From contig OZ024742.1 of assembly GCA_964016885.1 (NCBI GenBank), forward strand, positions 60,450,001-60,514,000: 64,000 nucleotides of DNA, given 5' to 3'. The translations under genes were made by a program, and so were the position numbers. The number at the start of each line of letters is the position of its first letter. Position 1 is the first letter of the stretch. The notes below the pieces were generated by a model. The model was not told where the DNA came from. It saw nothing but the letters and a program-made list of their open reading frames with translations, and made no database searches. This DNA comes from Eledone cirrhosa. Lineage: Eukaryota. This document shows, piece after piece, positions 13,465 to 26,059 of the stretch.

Positions 13465-14050
13465 ATTCTCAATAATAGTGCTATAGTGCTAGTATTTGTG
13501 TTTACCTTTTTTATTTGGGAGAGAAGGGTTTACGGTAGGGTGGTTATAATCCGAATTGTTGCTAGTAGGTGAAATTATACTTGATATAGCGTTTATGGAG
13601 TCATGGTTGTTTTGGGCGCTATTAGTTAGATTGGGTATGTAAATCTTAGTCCCTTATTGTGTGTGGTATAGTTGGAGCTTTTTTACATTTATAGATGTTA
13701 TATGCACTTATTTTTTGTTGTATATTGCTCGATGTGGAACAAGAAAATGTTACTGTATTTCTGTTTACGATTTGATGGTATTTGTGGTTAGGTGGGAAAT
13801 GCTTATCGAGAATTGTAAAAAATCTTTTAGGGATTTGGCCCATAGTTTGCAAGTTGAATTTGAGCTATTTAATTGTAAGAGACTATTTTGAGTTTCTAAA
13901 TCAATATATACCTTTGATATATATATATATTAGGATTGGCGCTCTGAAATAGCGATGTATCCATGAATATATGTATAGTATATTTGGCAATATAGTGTAT
14001 GCTTAATTAAAAATATTTTGAAGATCTTGCGCTATGATTTTAAAATAGTG

Positions 14051-14236
14051 GTGGATTGGCAGTATCGGTAGAGGGTCGGACGCCATGCTTTGATGCATAG
14101 AGTTACAGCCCTTTCCAATCTGAGTTCAAATCCCGCCGAGGCTAACTTTGCCTTTCATCCTTACGGGGTCGATAAAATAAAGTACCAGTAATGCACTGGG
14201 TAATTTGCTGGCCTTGTGCCAAAAGTAGAAACAATT
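14051..14236 (+). mobile_element. Octopod tRNA-derived SINE (OK/OR-like)
   Basis: TGGCAGTATCGG A box, GAGTTCAAATCC B box, core GCCTTTCATCCTTACGGGGTCGATAAAATAAAGTACCAG. TSD ATTTTAAAATAGTG. Confidence 0.9.
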
Positions 14237-14291
14237 ATTTTAAAATAGTGACTATGTCACTTACTTCTTTTTTCAACAAACAAAAGGAGAT

Positions 14292-14335
14292 AAGCTGACA
14301 GATCTGTTTCACAATGTTGGTGATCATCAGAGCTT
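14292..14335 (-). ncRNA. Type I hammerhead ribozyme
   Basis: aagct CTGATGA tcaccaacattgt GAAAC AGATCT GT C agctt. Confidence 0.88.
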
Positions 14336-14504
14336 AGCACTCGCCGATGTTTGTTGAAAATTCTAGATGCTTGTTTGTTGAAAAAATAAGTGACGTAGTC
14401 ACTACTTTAAAATAATAGCGCAAGATCTTCAAAATGTTTTTAATTAAGCATACAGTATATTGCCAAATTTATATTCATATATATATAATATATATATATA
14501 TATA

Positions 14505-14952
<448 letters not shown>

Positions 14953-15252
14953 CGTGTGTCTTTGTGTGTGTATGTGTGCGTGTGTGTAGTTATTTATACC
15001 TATACACACATATAAGTTTGAACCATAAACAAAATTAAGAAATGGTTAGTACTTAATTAATCCATACTTTATGATCGTTTCAAAGATTAACATACGTAAA
15101 TTAAGATAACGATATATTGACTAATTTACATCCATTATGGCGTTCATCCTAAGAAACAATGTTTCATGAACGTTTATTGGAAAGATACATACAGTAAAGT
15201 TTAAAAGACACATGAGGCTTCGAAGAAGAGGCTGACAAAATATATGTGTATT

Positions 15253-15328
<76 letters not shown>

Positions 15329-15719
15329 TGTGTGTGTGTGCGTGTGTCAGTGTTTATATGTATGCGTGTATGTATATAGTTGGATATTGGCCTGCGTCTC
15401 TATATACATATATACAACATGCGTTTTTATGTATTCACATGTATATATATATATACTTGAATTCCGCATACTTTATCGATAGATTTCCGTGATACTTTAT
15501 TTTGTCTTGTCATTAATGCCGGTGAACTGGCAATATCAGAAATGTGTTTGATATATCGGTTTGCTGTCTGACTTGAAAGGCATCTTTGGCTTTAATTGTT
15601 CCTAGATCAATTAACTAAATAACCAGTCAAGTACTGGGTTAGTATCATCAAATTTCACATGTCTGTCAAATTGCTAGCATTGCTCCCCAATGAGAAATCA
15701 TTATTAGTTCGGTGATTGT

Positions 15720-15914
15720 GGATTGTAAAGGTTGTGGATTGGCAGTATCGGTAGAGGGTCGGACGCCATGCTTTGACGCATAGAGTTACGGCCCTTGCCA
15801 TTCTGAGTTGAAATCCCGCCGCCGTTAACTTGCTTTTCATCCTTACGGGGTCGATAAAATAAAGTACCAGTAATGTACTTGATTAATTGCTGGCCTTGTG
15901 CCAAAAGTAGAAAC
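15720..15914 (+). mobile_element. Octopod tRNA SINE inserted among older SINE remnants (15530-16330)
   Basis: Same family as 14051. TSD ATTATTAGTTCG.TGATTGT. Confidence 0.88.
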
Positions 15915-16579
15915 AATTATTAGTTCGTTGATTGTCACAGGGGATAGAGCGTTGGAGAAAATATTTTGGGTTATATTCCCCGAGATTTTATCTCCTCAGA
16001 TCAAATCATGGCGAGGTCAACTTTGAACTTTCCTCTTCCGGGATCCATAAGATGCAGCACAATACAAGTATTGGGGTTGACTTAATCAAGTTAACCCTTC
16101 CTTGAATTCACTGGTCGTGAGTCTAAATTACAAATCTATATTTTAAGCGTAGAAAGTGGAAAAATAGCACTATTTATCACACATCTTTACTTTCTGATTA
16201 CAAATCACACTGATGCCAACTTTACAATTCATCATTCCAGGGTAGATGTAGTAAATTAAGTAAGTACTGGAGTAGATATAATTGACTTGTATCCTCCATC
16301 AAATTATTGGCCAATGTTAAATAGGATTATTTCGTTCCATATGTTTTTTTTTATGTACTGGTCGTAAATCAACCTGGAGGATATATTATAACTGTGAGAA
16401 CTAAGGGACAAGTAATCCTATTGTCCAACTGGACAGAACTACATATACAACTCATACAATAGGTAACGTAAAGGATATCAATCCTTGTTTACCTTTTTGT
16501 ACATTTTTTACAGTAGTCTTGTTTCACATAAAAATTTGTTTTATTCTCTTCATAAACCCTGCCAATCAATCGCAAGCAG

Positions 16580-16657
<78 letters not shown>

Positions 16658-16905
16658 CACTCACAAACACAACAACACACACACACTACACCAGTGGCGG
16701 AGCGGATCTAAAAATATTGGTTGCCAGGAGATGATGGGGGCCTTCCTCCTATAGAATGCTATCATTTAATTTTTATAATAAATAAATAACATTTTCAAAA
16801 GATACATAAGTGGAAACAAAACGGTGCAATCAATTTTTTGCAGAAAAATATCTCACCGTCTCCAGTAAAAATTATGTACTTTGTGAAATCCAGAGACTTT
16901 CAATA

Positions 16906-17366
16906 ATGACCAGAAGTCGACCCTGGATATTACTAATAGCTCTAGGAAAGCCATGAACGACACTACATCATTTGAATTTAAATGTAGGTTTATAATTATC
17001 AATTTTCATTTTACTTTTGTAGCTGTCTCAGTGGCCTAGCTGGAGAAATCATAGATGGTGGTGATCCTGGCCTGAAGTTCGATCCTCGTCGGGAGTAGTG
17101 TTCCCGGTGAACATTTTCAGGTTTTTCTATTGGTTGTAATATAAAAACTGAAAAGGTTACATGGACTTCTTGACCAGGATTTGACCCAAGGCTCGGAACT
17201 CCACCGTCTCTAGTACCTACCGCTAGGCCACAGACACAACTACGAAAACCTTATGAAAATTCCTACTTATAAACCTACTTTCGAAATTTTCAAAACAAAG
17301 TGTTATGGTGTCGTTCATGTCTTTCTTAATAATATTGGTCCTACTTAAGGTCGACATCTAAATCAT
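16906..17366. repeat. Diverged inverted repeat with a tRNA-like head in each arm
   Basis: Shared blocks GTCGACC, GAAAG.CATGAACGACAC, GTAGGTTTATAA, GTGGCCTAGC. B boxes GTTCGATCC (17077, +) and GGTCAAATCC (17177-17186, -). Confidence 0.7.
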
Positions 17367-17589
17367 TTGGGTGTTCCATAAACTACATCTTCGTTTCGTT
17401 TCTCCTCTATCTAGACTATATTTTAACCTGTAATCCATGTTTTATTTCTGTTTCCACCTCATTTCTCCCCCTACAGCCCACTCTCTCTCTGTGATATTTG
17501 AATCTACCATGTTTTAAACTTACCTTATTCCTATATATATGTTATTACATGTCAGTTAGATTCAAACTTACAATGATTGGCATTATATA

Positions 17590-17661
<72 letters not shown>

Positions 17662-18054
17662 TGTATATATATATATATATATATATAATTGGAGGCTTAG
17701 TAAAATCGAATCTTTGGCGGTGTGCAAGCAAATTCGACCTGCTATATGAATGATTTAGCAAAACACTCGACAAGGTAGGTCCTTAGAGTAATAACATACG
17801 TTTAAATAGCTTGACAAATTGAACATTGTGGTAGGCAAAATCTAACACACAATACCAAAGTAACGAAAGAACTAACAGGCTGAGAAAAAATACACCTGGA
17901 CAAATCAAACGTTATACGTTTAAAGTGTTTCCATGAATCCGAAATCAAATATCAGACTTACGTAACTGGCAAGCTCGTGTTATTTGTGATCGAACAGAGG
18001 ATTCATTTCACAAACAGGATTTCATTCTACCAAAGAACGGGGCGACATACTATA

Positions 18055-18115
<61 letters not shown>

Positions 18116-18118
<3 letters not shown>

Positions 18119-18610
18119 GATATTAAATAAATGGAAACTATATTTATAAAACCATATCTATTTCATTATATATATTTCAGGGATATCATATTAACAATAT
18201 GTTATGCCTTCCTCAGACAAAATACAATATAGACAGTTTTATAGATAAATAGATTTGACATACCGTTCAACATCGACTTGTATTTGAAAAAGTTGATTTG
18301 GCAGTTGATTTCAAAAGTTGATTTCAAAAGTTGATTTCTGCCAAATCAACTTTTTCAAATACAACTCAATGTTGAACGGTATGTCAAATCTATTTATCTA
18401 TAAAACTGTCTATATTGTATTTTGTCTGAGGAAGGCATAACGTATTGTTAATATAATATCCCTGAAATATATATAATGAAATAGATATGGTTTTATAAAT
18501 ATAGTTTCCATTTATTTAATATCGTAAATATACTCCAAATACTTGTTGAGTGCTTTTATATCAGTTATAAATATTTACTAGTTGTAACCCAACAATTTAA
18601 ATATAACTTT

Positions 18611-18612
<2 letters not shown>
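18116..18612. mobile_element. Palindromic pLTR element (~195 bp arms) with a right-hand tail
   Basis: 18116-18310 and 18330-18525 are almost perfectly inverted. (TA)n on both sides. Confidence 0.88.
18421..18480 (+). ncRNA. Type I hammerhead (mirror copy at 18162-18221, minus)
   Basis: tttgt CTGAGGA agg..cct GAAA TATATA T A atgaa. Stem I relies on G-U pairs. Confidence 0.65.
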
Positions 18613-18668
<56 letters not shown>

Positions 18669-18721
18669 TCTTTTACCTGTTCCAGCCATCCGGCTGAGGA
18701 CATGCTGGGGCACCGCCCTTG

Positions 18722-18807
<86 letters not shown>

Positions 18808-18851
18808 GTACATATATTTACTGTATATATATATAAATATATATATATATA

Positions 18852-19003
18852 TGGCTCCGAACGAACTACCCGAGTCTGAAAGTACCTGCAGCCGTAGAAT
18901 CAGCCAGATCCATACAGGGACCATGTCTCTAGTTACCTGACGGCGAAACAATTGTAACACGCAATAAATTAAGTCCAGATGCATCACTGATTTTTCGTTT
19001 TCT

Positions 19004-19010
<7 letters not shown>
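18852..19010 (+). mobile_element. pLTR fragment, family Z (longer copy at ~39460-39885)
   Basis: Both copies share GGCGAAACAATTGTAACAC.CAATAAA (hammerhead 3' half plus polyA signal) and CAGATGCATCAC.GATTTTTCG. Confidence 0.7.
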
Positions 19011-19042
<32 letters not shown>

Positions 19043-19054
19043 ATATATATATAT

Positions 19055-19196
19055 AAATGATTGCCAAATAAATTAACTATGGAGATATAAAAGATACATA
19101 TGCGAAAACCCACCGAAAGCAAACAGTCAGTGGGGTGGTCCGTTATTATTTCTGGCAATATTATAACAATATAACCCCCCCCCCCAAAGTATAACA

Positions 19197-19200
<4 letters not shown>
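19055..19200. repeat. Short TA-flanked dispersed repeat W (also 22520-22642, 36658-36730)
   Basis: Shared TTCTGGCAATATTA...CCCC..TATAACAAT. Confidence 0.7.
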
Positions 19201-19239
<39 letters not shown>

Positions 19240-19242
<3 letters not shown>

Positions 19243-19376
19243 AAAGAGTCTGGAACTCGACGGCTGAGTTCAGACGTCGGCGTCACGACTCATTTCAGAT
19301 TACCCACTCATAACCCAGTTTCCAGTACTTTGGTGCGTTATGGTCCACCTGGTTACTTACCACACTTCCTTCGTTT
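19240..19376 (-). repeat. Short TA-flanked pLTR-tail-like repeat V (also 21448-21565, 23258-23335, 41143-41200)
   Basis: Shared GCGTTATGGTCC..CTGGTT.CTTACCACA..TCCTT; TG|GTAAG donor-like site on the minus strand. Confidence 0.7.
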
Positions 19377-19759
19377 TATATATATATATATTTATATATG
19401 CTTCTGCGTGTGTGTCTCTATAGATGTATGTTTGCGTGCATGAATGAGTACACTAAGCTTTAGACTTACTAGAATGTACAACCACTGATTCCAGCTATTT
19501 GCACTATCGTATATTTTGGTCTCTAGTAATTCCCTGGGGAATTGGTTGACCTAATGTTTTGGTTAATTGTTTTATTTATTTTTTAAAACAAATTTATACT
19601 TTTTCTTAGATTTCAGCTATTTTTTGAAAGCAAAGCAGTGGCCTCTAAAATACTACAGTGGGCCTTGCAATGCTACCGTTGGCTTGCTGGGGCCCACTTG
19701 CGATCGAGCAACCTGGCAAACTGGCCAATCCACCACTGCCCTAGACACAAACATAAGAA

Positions 19760-19943
19760 CACACACACATACGTGGGTGGCCATGGGAACCACAATGGAG
19801 CGGACTATGCCAACTTGTTAGTTGGCCACGTTGAGGTCCTGACCTCCCAGTGCACTGGACCGACACCTGAGCTCAACGGTCGTCATATCGACGATTTTAT
19901 CAGCGTCACCTCTCCCCTTTCCTTCTTTCCTCAAGTTACACTA

Positions 19944-19978
<35 letters not shown>

Positions 19979-20004
19979 TACACACACACACACACACAGA
20001 CACA

Positions 20005-20079
<75 letters not shown>

Positions 20080-21300
20080 ACACACACACACACAATGCCC
20101 TCTTTACTTCCATATCCTACAAACCCACTGAGCCCTACTAATGCCTCAACTTCAACATTTTTATTCTCTACTCCTAAATCCTTTGTCTTCGTTGGTTCTG
20201 CAGCCAGGATCATAATTTGGAGGTCCAGTCTCAACGCATGGCTTCTCGCTTCATGCAGCATAGATATCCTCCCATCGTGATTCAAGCTGCCCTTAGCTGC
20301 GCTTGTGCTACTGACCGAACCATTGGTCTCTTACCCACCAACCACTTCCTCGAAACCTGGCTCCTTTCCCCCCTCAACTACCACCCGTCTATACTCCTAC
20401 CTCGGCACATCCTTTATTGCTTCCGAACCCTCGTTTCTATCCCGTTTCTTTCCCAACCCACCCATCACTGCATTTAAGCATACCTGTAATATCCGGTGAT
20501 CTTCTTTCTCCTCCCCTTCCCTCGGATTCCACTTGGATCCCGTCCCTGTTCCGGTTTACACTGTGATGCCTGTCCACACACAATAAATCTCACCAACCTC
20601 ACATGTACAACCCATACTTTATCCACTCACCACTCCTTCACTTGCACCTTTACTAACGCCACCTATGCCCTCCGGTGTTCCCATTGTGGACCCATTTACA
20701 TCGGACAAACAAGCCACCCTTTGGCTGACAGATTCATCGAATACCCAATGGACATACTACCACATAACGACACCCCTACTTACTTACGTTTACCAAAGCC
20801 CTCTACTCAACCTCTCACTGTCTCAGACCCATTTTACACCACGGATCCAAAGCTACTCGCATCAGAACAGAACAGAACTTAAATATTCACTTTGGAACTA
20901 CTTTTCAGAATGGACTCAATTTCTCACTCAGTTCCTATAACCTCCCTTCAACCTTCCTCATCATTCAAATATACGAACACACACACACATACACGAACAC
21001 ACACTCACACATACGCTCATTTCCACCCCAAATATGCAATGATTACCTCACTGCCTAAACCTCTGTAATGCGTAAGATACCCCTTCACGAAAGAATCTCC
21101 AAAATGGCTGACAGTATGCGTACGTGTGTTTTTTTATAATTGTTTTCTTCTCCTTCCTTCCCATACTAACAATTCTTTATCTTTTGACAAAGGACTAGTA
21201 TCCGAAACGTTAACGCTCTTTTCCTGTTATTTCATGCGTTAAATTAATATATTTTTTCAATGTACTCTGTTGTTTGCTTTGTTATTCATGTTTAACGTCT
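19760..21300 (+). mobile_element. Old, decayed Neptune-like PLE
   Basis: VAMGT, YANLLVGHV, GRHIDD, GSRPCSGLHCDAC, YALRCSHCGPIYIGQT. Degenerate hammerhead TTGACAA aggactagtatcc GAAAC GTTA at ~21184. Confidence 0.88.
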
Positions 21301-21394
21301 ACACACACACGCACACACATATATATATATGAGATGATTTCTCCCGAATGAAACAAATCTAGTCTTGTAGAAGCAATTTCTATATTAAATATAT

Positions 21395-21449
<55 letters not shown>

Positions 21450-22065
21450 AAAAAATATGACCCCGACGGCAGAGCTCAAGCCGTTTCAACGGCTATTTCT
21501 GGACGCATTGCGTACTCTTGGGGCGTTATGGTCCTTCTGGTTCCTTACCACAACTCCTTCGTTATATATATGTATATACTATATATAAACGGAATAAATG
21601 AAACGAAATTTCATTTCCCACTCTTAGTACGGCTGTTACTTAAATATAAGTATGTACACGTACATACATATATGTATACAGACGTACAGTAGTGCACACA
21701 TATATATATGTACGTATGGATTCACCGAACATTTATTATAATGCTCGGTGTGTTTGTAAACAAACATCCCGTATTAAGCCGTAGTGTCTAGCAACCATTG
21801 TTGCTCGTTTGTTCAACACTGACAAAGGAACGCTGTACTAGTTTCAAGCTTATTAGCTATTGTCAGCAATGTATACTTTCCTGCCAGATGGTTTAACGTC
21901 TGTATGTATATATATATACATACTACTGTACGTCTGTATACATATATGTGTGTACGTATACATACTTATATTTAAGTAACAGCCGTACTAAGAATAAAAA
22001 AATGAAATTTTGTTTCATTTTTTCCGTTTATCGTTTAGGTACCCCGGCCGATTAACTCACTCGAT

Positions 22066-22118
22066 ATGCAAATTAGGCTGCTCAGCCGTTAATATGCATA
22101 AGGAAAGTATATACTTTC
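22066..22118 (+). promoter_or_regulatory. Octamer ATGCAAAT plus palindromic GAAAGTATATACTTTC box upstream of the hammerhead
   Basis: Motifs are conserved at 28571-28623 and in the diverged relative at 29593-29683. Promoter function is inferred, not shown. Confidence 0.4.
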
Positions 22119-22148
22119 AGACGTTCAATCATCTGGCAGGAAGGTATA

Positions 22149-22189
22149 CCTTGCTGACGATAGCTAATAAGCTTGAAACTAGTACAGCG
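22149..22189 (+). ncRNA. Type I hammerhead (family Y)
   Basis: ttg CTGACGA t agct aata agct t GAAAC TA GT A cagcg. Confidence 0.85.
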
Positions 22190-22399
22190 TTTCTTTGTTA
22201 GTGTTGAACAAATGAGCAACGATGGTTGCTAGACACTGTACGGCTTAATTCGGCATGTTTGTTTACAAACACACCGAGCATTATAATAAATGTTCGGTGA
22301 ATCCATACGTACATATATACATATATATGTGTGTGCATGTATGTATATATATGTACATACTACTCTACGTATATGTATGTAGGTATACTTACTTATATA

Positions 22400-22486
<87 letters not shown>

Positions 22487-22699
22487 TGCAAGGTATTTGA
22501 TATAAAATCGTATGTCGAAACAAATATTGTTATACTTGGGGAGGGTTATATTGCTGTAATAATATTGCCAGAAATAATAATTGTTTGGCTGGTTTTCGCT
22601 TCTGTATCTTTTATATCTTCATAGTAAATTTATTTGACAATGAACTTTTATCATTGATTGACCAACGGTTAAAATTACAGATATAAATATATATATATA

Positions 22700-23243
22700 T
22701 ATAGTCTATCAAAGTTCTTTCATTGCAACATGATCAGCGGTACTATTATGTGCCTTCCTATTGTATTGTAGTGTGTTGTAATGTCTACGCCATTCTTATT
22801 TCTTGGTATCTTTTGCAACTGTATTACCTTAAATAATATTTTATATATATAATATGCTCAATATTTTCACTCTTCAACATTGCTCCTTATACTTTGATAT
22901 CTGTATAACATAACATCTTTCTGTCACTCCTGCTTTTCAATATGATGTCACTGACACTGTGAATATTAATGTATCTTTATGAATGTTCTGAAGACTAGGA
23001 TTATAATTACTTGTTTAAACATTGTGTATACTCCTATAAATCCAGACATATGTCCGAAAGAAACAATTGTAAGCAATTAAATGTATTAAATTAAAATTTG
23101 ATTGTTCTATATTTTGTATCTCGGCTCTGTAATTTGCATTGAGCCTTTTCTCTTACTGGTAATTGGGTTGTGCTTAGTACTACCCCTTCATATTTATAAT
23201 TGCATATAACTCATATATAAGTATAAATAATCTTATTATTACT
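22700..23243 (+). mobile_element. Solo pLTR related to the 44478-49089 PLE
   Basis: Shares GAAACAATTGT, TTTGTATCTCGGCTCTGTAA, GCATTGAGCCTTTT and CTTAGTACTACCC; ends TTATTACTA(TA)n. Confidence 0.8.
22984..23075 (+). ncRNA. Hammerhead with 65-nt stem II
   Basis: tgtt CTGAAGA [65 nt] GAAAC AATT GT A agca. Confidence 0.7.
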
Positions 23244-24001
23244 ATATATATATATATTTCCCACTCTACTACCCTAAGTATTGAGTACTCTGGTGCGTTA
23301 TGGTCCATCTGGTTCCTTACCACAATTCCTTTGTTATATATATATATATATATATACTGGCAGAGAAAATACCATTAAACCCTATTAGATAAGCTTCCAT
23401 ATAAAATGCATCCACCAATTGGATCATTCGGGGCAATTAGTATTACTTGTATCACGTGATATTAGATAATTTTATTTAATTTATTATTTTATATTGAGTG
23501 CATTGAAAAGAAAATGATACATCATGCAGAATTTAATTATTAAAAAAGCACTCAGACAAATATAGATGCATATATAATATGGCTTATATGAATGTGTGCC
23601 TTGATCTCTGTATATATATATATGAGGGATTCTCTTGAAAAGCTTGAAGCCTCATGGATCAGGCAACGATTAGATATTTCTACAAAGTATGAGCGAAACT
23701 ATCGGTAGTCGGAAGTGGGAGAATTTTTGGTAACGTTTATCTTTTTTTTTTTCAAACTTACATTTTAGGCTTAGCTCCGTTGAAATGATTATTTGTCTAG
23801 TTAATTTCTACGGACTAAGAGGAAGGATTACGTAAATTATATCTGACTGTTCCCTATAAAGGTATTTCGATAACATTTATCTGTTATTTCTTCAAAGTTT
23901 CATTTTAAACTTAGTTCCATTTAAATGATTATTTATCTAGTTAATTTCTACGGACTAAGAGGGAAAAATTGGACGAATTTCGTCTGACTCTTCTTCAAAT
24001 C

Positions 24002-24078
<77 letters not shown>

Positions 24079-24130
24079 TACTTGGTATGTTTTGTGCTAG
24101 TTACTCCTTAGAGTTTACCTAATGAAAAAA

Positions 24131-24955
24131 ATGTAAACAGACACGAAGGGTGCAGCAACGAAGAGAAAGGAAAAATCAAGTCAACAACTCATTTCAAACA
24201 TAAGTTCTGGCGGGTTTGACGACTTCGTGTCTGTTTATATTTTTTCTCTCTCTCCCCCTTTTTTTATCCGAATAACTTATTATAGTTATTGTTCGCCCTA
24301 GGCTGAGGTATCTTGTCTCTAACGCGAAGAAATACCTATCATTCCTAGCAGACAACTGACGATGGATATTGCCCGCTTTCGCCTGTAACTTTTATTTTAA
24401 TTATACTTAAATGCAACCACACAGCTCGCCATTTTATTCACATAGTTTCCTTCTCCGCTGTGACCCGTCTCTTTTCTCTCCCCTTGTTGCTATCCTCTCT
24501 CTCCCCCTTCTATCTCCTTCTCCCTCTTCTGCTAGTCACCTTCTCTCGGCTATCCTGCCACTATAACTATCTTTCTCGCTTCCTCTTACTTTCACTCACT
24601 CCTTCTCTGTTAGTCCCCCTCTCTCCGCTAGCTCACTTCGTCCCTCGTCCGCGACTGTAAGCAGTCTCTTCTCACGCCTCACACTGCTACAGTGAAGACG
24701 TGTCTTTTTTTTCTCATCAAACCCGCCAGATCTTATGTTCGAAATGAGTTGTTGATTTGATTTTTCTTCTCTTTTCGTTGCTTCACCCTTCGTGGCTGTT
24801 TACATTTCTATCTCTCTCACCCCTTTTTGTATCCCAATAACTTATTTTAGTTATTGGTCGCCCTAGGCTGAGATATCTTGTCTCTAACGCGAAGAAATAC
24901 CTAGCAGACAACTGACGATGGATATGGCCCTCTTTCGCACGTAAATTTTATTTTC

Positions 24956-24958
<3 letters not shown>
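24131..24958 (+). mobile_element. TA-flanked element with direct repeat and 5' inverted segment (PLE-like architecture)
   Basis: 24225-24400 repeats at 24790-24955. 24131-24220 is the reverse complement of ~24715-24808. Confidence 0.75.
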
Positions 24959-25030
<72 letters not shown>

Positions 25031-25033
<3 letters not shown>

Positions 25034-26013
25034 AATATAAATTAGCGAGAATCGTATTTCGGCTATTGGAAATTAGCGAAAAACAACTTCTGAGATGCGT
25101 AAAACAACTTCCGAGATGCGAAAAACAACTTCCGAGATTCGTAGCAAGCGCTCCATAGAAGCTAGAGAAATAAAGCTACAACATAAGTTAAAAGGCCAAA
25201 CACACTGAGAAGAAGGTTAAACCATTATCCACACAGCCATAGAGAGGACCAAGTAATTCGGATCAAACAAATAAAATATGATTGAAAATTATACCCCGAC
25301 CCCTGCAACTCCTAAATCAGGTGCTGTCTGCTTAGACAAATAATGTTAAGCTTTTGGTAAGATTATTGAACAAAGAAGTCACAAGGGCGGTAGATTGGCA
25401 GTATCGGTAGAAAGTTGGACGCCATGCTTTCCAGCATAGTTACGTCCCTTTACGATCTGAGTTCAAATCCCGCCGAGGTTGACTTAGCCTTTCATCCTTA
25501 CGAGGTCGATAAAATAAAGTACCAGTAATGCACTGGACAATTGCTGGCCTTGTGCCTAAAGTAGAAACAATTATTGAACAAGGAAGTCACTTTCTCAACA
25601 GGCTTTTAGTTCAAGTGCCAAACCAAGGACTGACCGTTGTCAAAACCCACGTGGGGCTCGACAAGGGGGGCAACCCTTAGTTTTGGCGGATGAATTCAGT
25701 ATGTGTGTTATTATTGAAAATTGCAAAATATCACAAAACGAATTAAGTTCTCAACAGAATGGTTTTAAAATTAACAAAAGCTATTCGTCAGTCAATAGAA
25801 TTAACTAAAAAAATCAAGAAAATTAACTGGTCAATACCTAGCCTCTGGAGATTAATACAAATATAAATTAGCGAGAATCGTATTTCGGGGTATTGGAAAT
25901 TAGCGAAAAACAACTTCCGAGATGTGTGACAAGCGCTCCATAGAAGCTAGTGAACTAGAGCTACAACATAAGTTAAAAGGCCAAACACACTGAGACGATG
26001 GTTAAACCATTAT

Positions 26014-26017
<4 letters not shown>
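25031..26017. mobile_element. TA-flanked element with terminal direct repeats
   Basis: 25031-25230 matches 25857-26016 and contains a 20-bp tandem AAAACAACTTCCGAGATGCG. Confidence 0.7.
25383..25569 (+). mobile_element. Octopod tRNA SINE
   Basis: Same family as 14051. TSD ATTATTGAACAA.GAAGTCAC. Confidence 0.9.
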
Positions 26018-26052
<35 letters not shown>

Positions 26053-26059
26053 TATAGTA

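Larger units (their letters stand above)
12176..13870 (-). mobile_element. PLE 3' fragment, CNCR..CPL.G.C-type GIY-YIG lineage
   Basis: Linker FFTILDKHFPPNHKYHQI (13646-13852), GIY-YIG domain and hammerhead pLTR. Confidence 0.88.
13982..14470. mobile_element. Inverted-arm hammerhead element interrupted by a SINE
   Basis: 13982-14050 plus 14251-14283 is the reverse complement of 14372-14470. TA-flanked. Confidence 0.8.
21587..22397. mobile_element. Family Y: minus-strand copy fused to a plus-strand copy of just over one monomer
   Basis: 21587-21900 is inverted relative to 21900-22397. CATACTACT recurs at 21919 and 22356 (437 bp period). Minus-strand hammerhead variant at 21831-21870. Confidence 0.85.

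Noticed and set aside
14051-14140. tRNA gene call for SINE heads
   Set aside because: Multi-copy with SINE core, tail and TSDs; no complete cloverleaf.
25078-25140. Short direct repeats as a CRISPR-like array (also 46246-46298, 62930-62985, 62388-62473)
   Set aside because: Contiguous minisatellites without unique spacers, in eukaryotic DNA.
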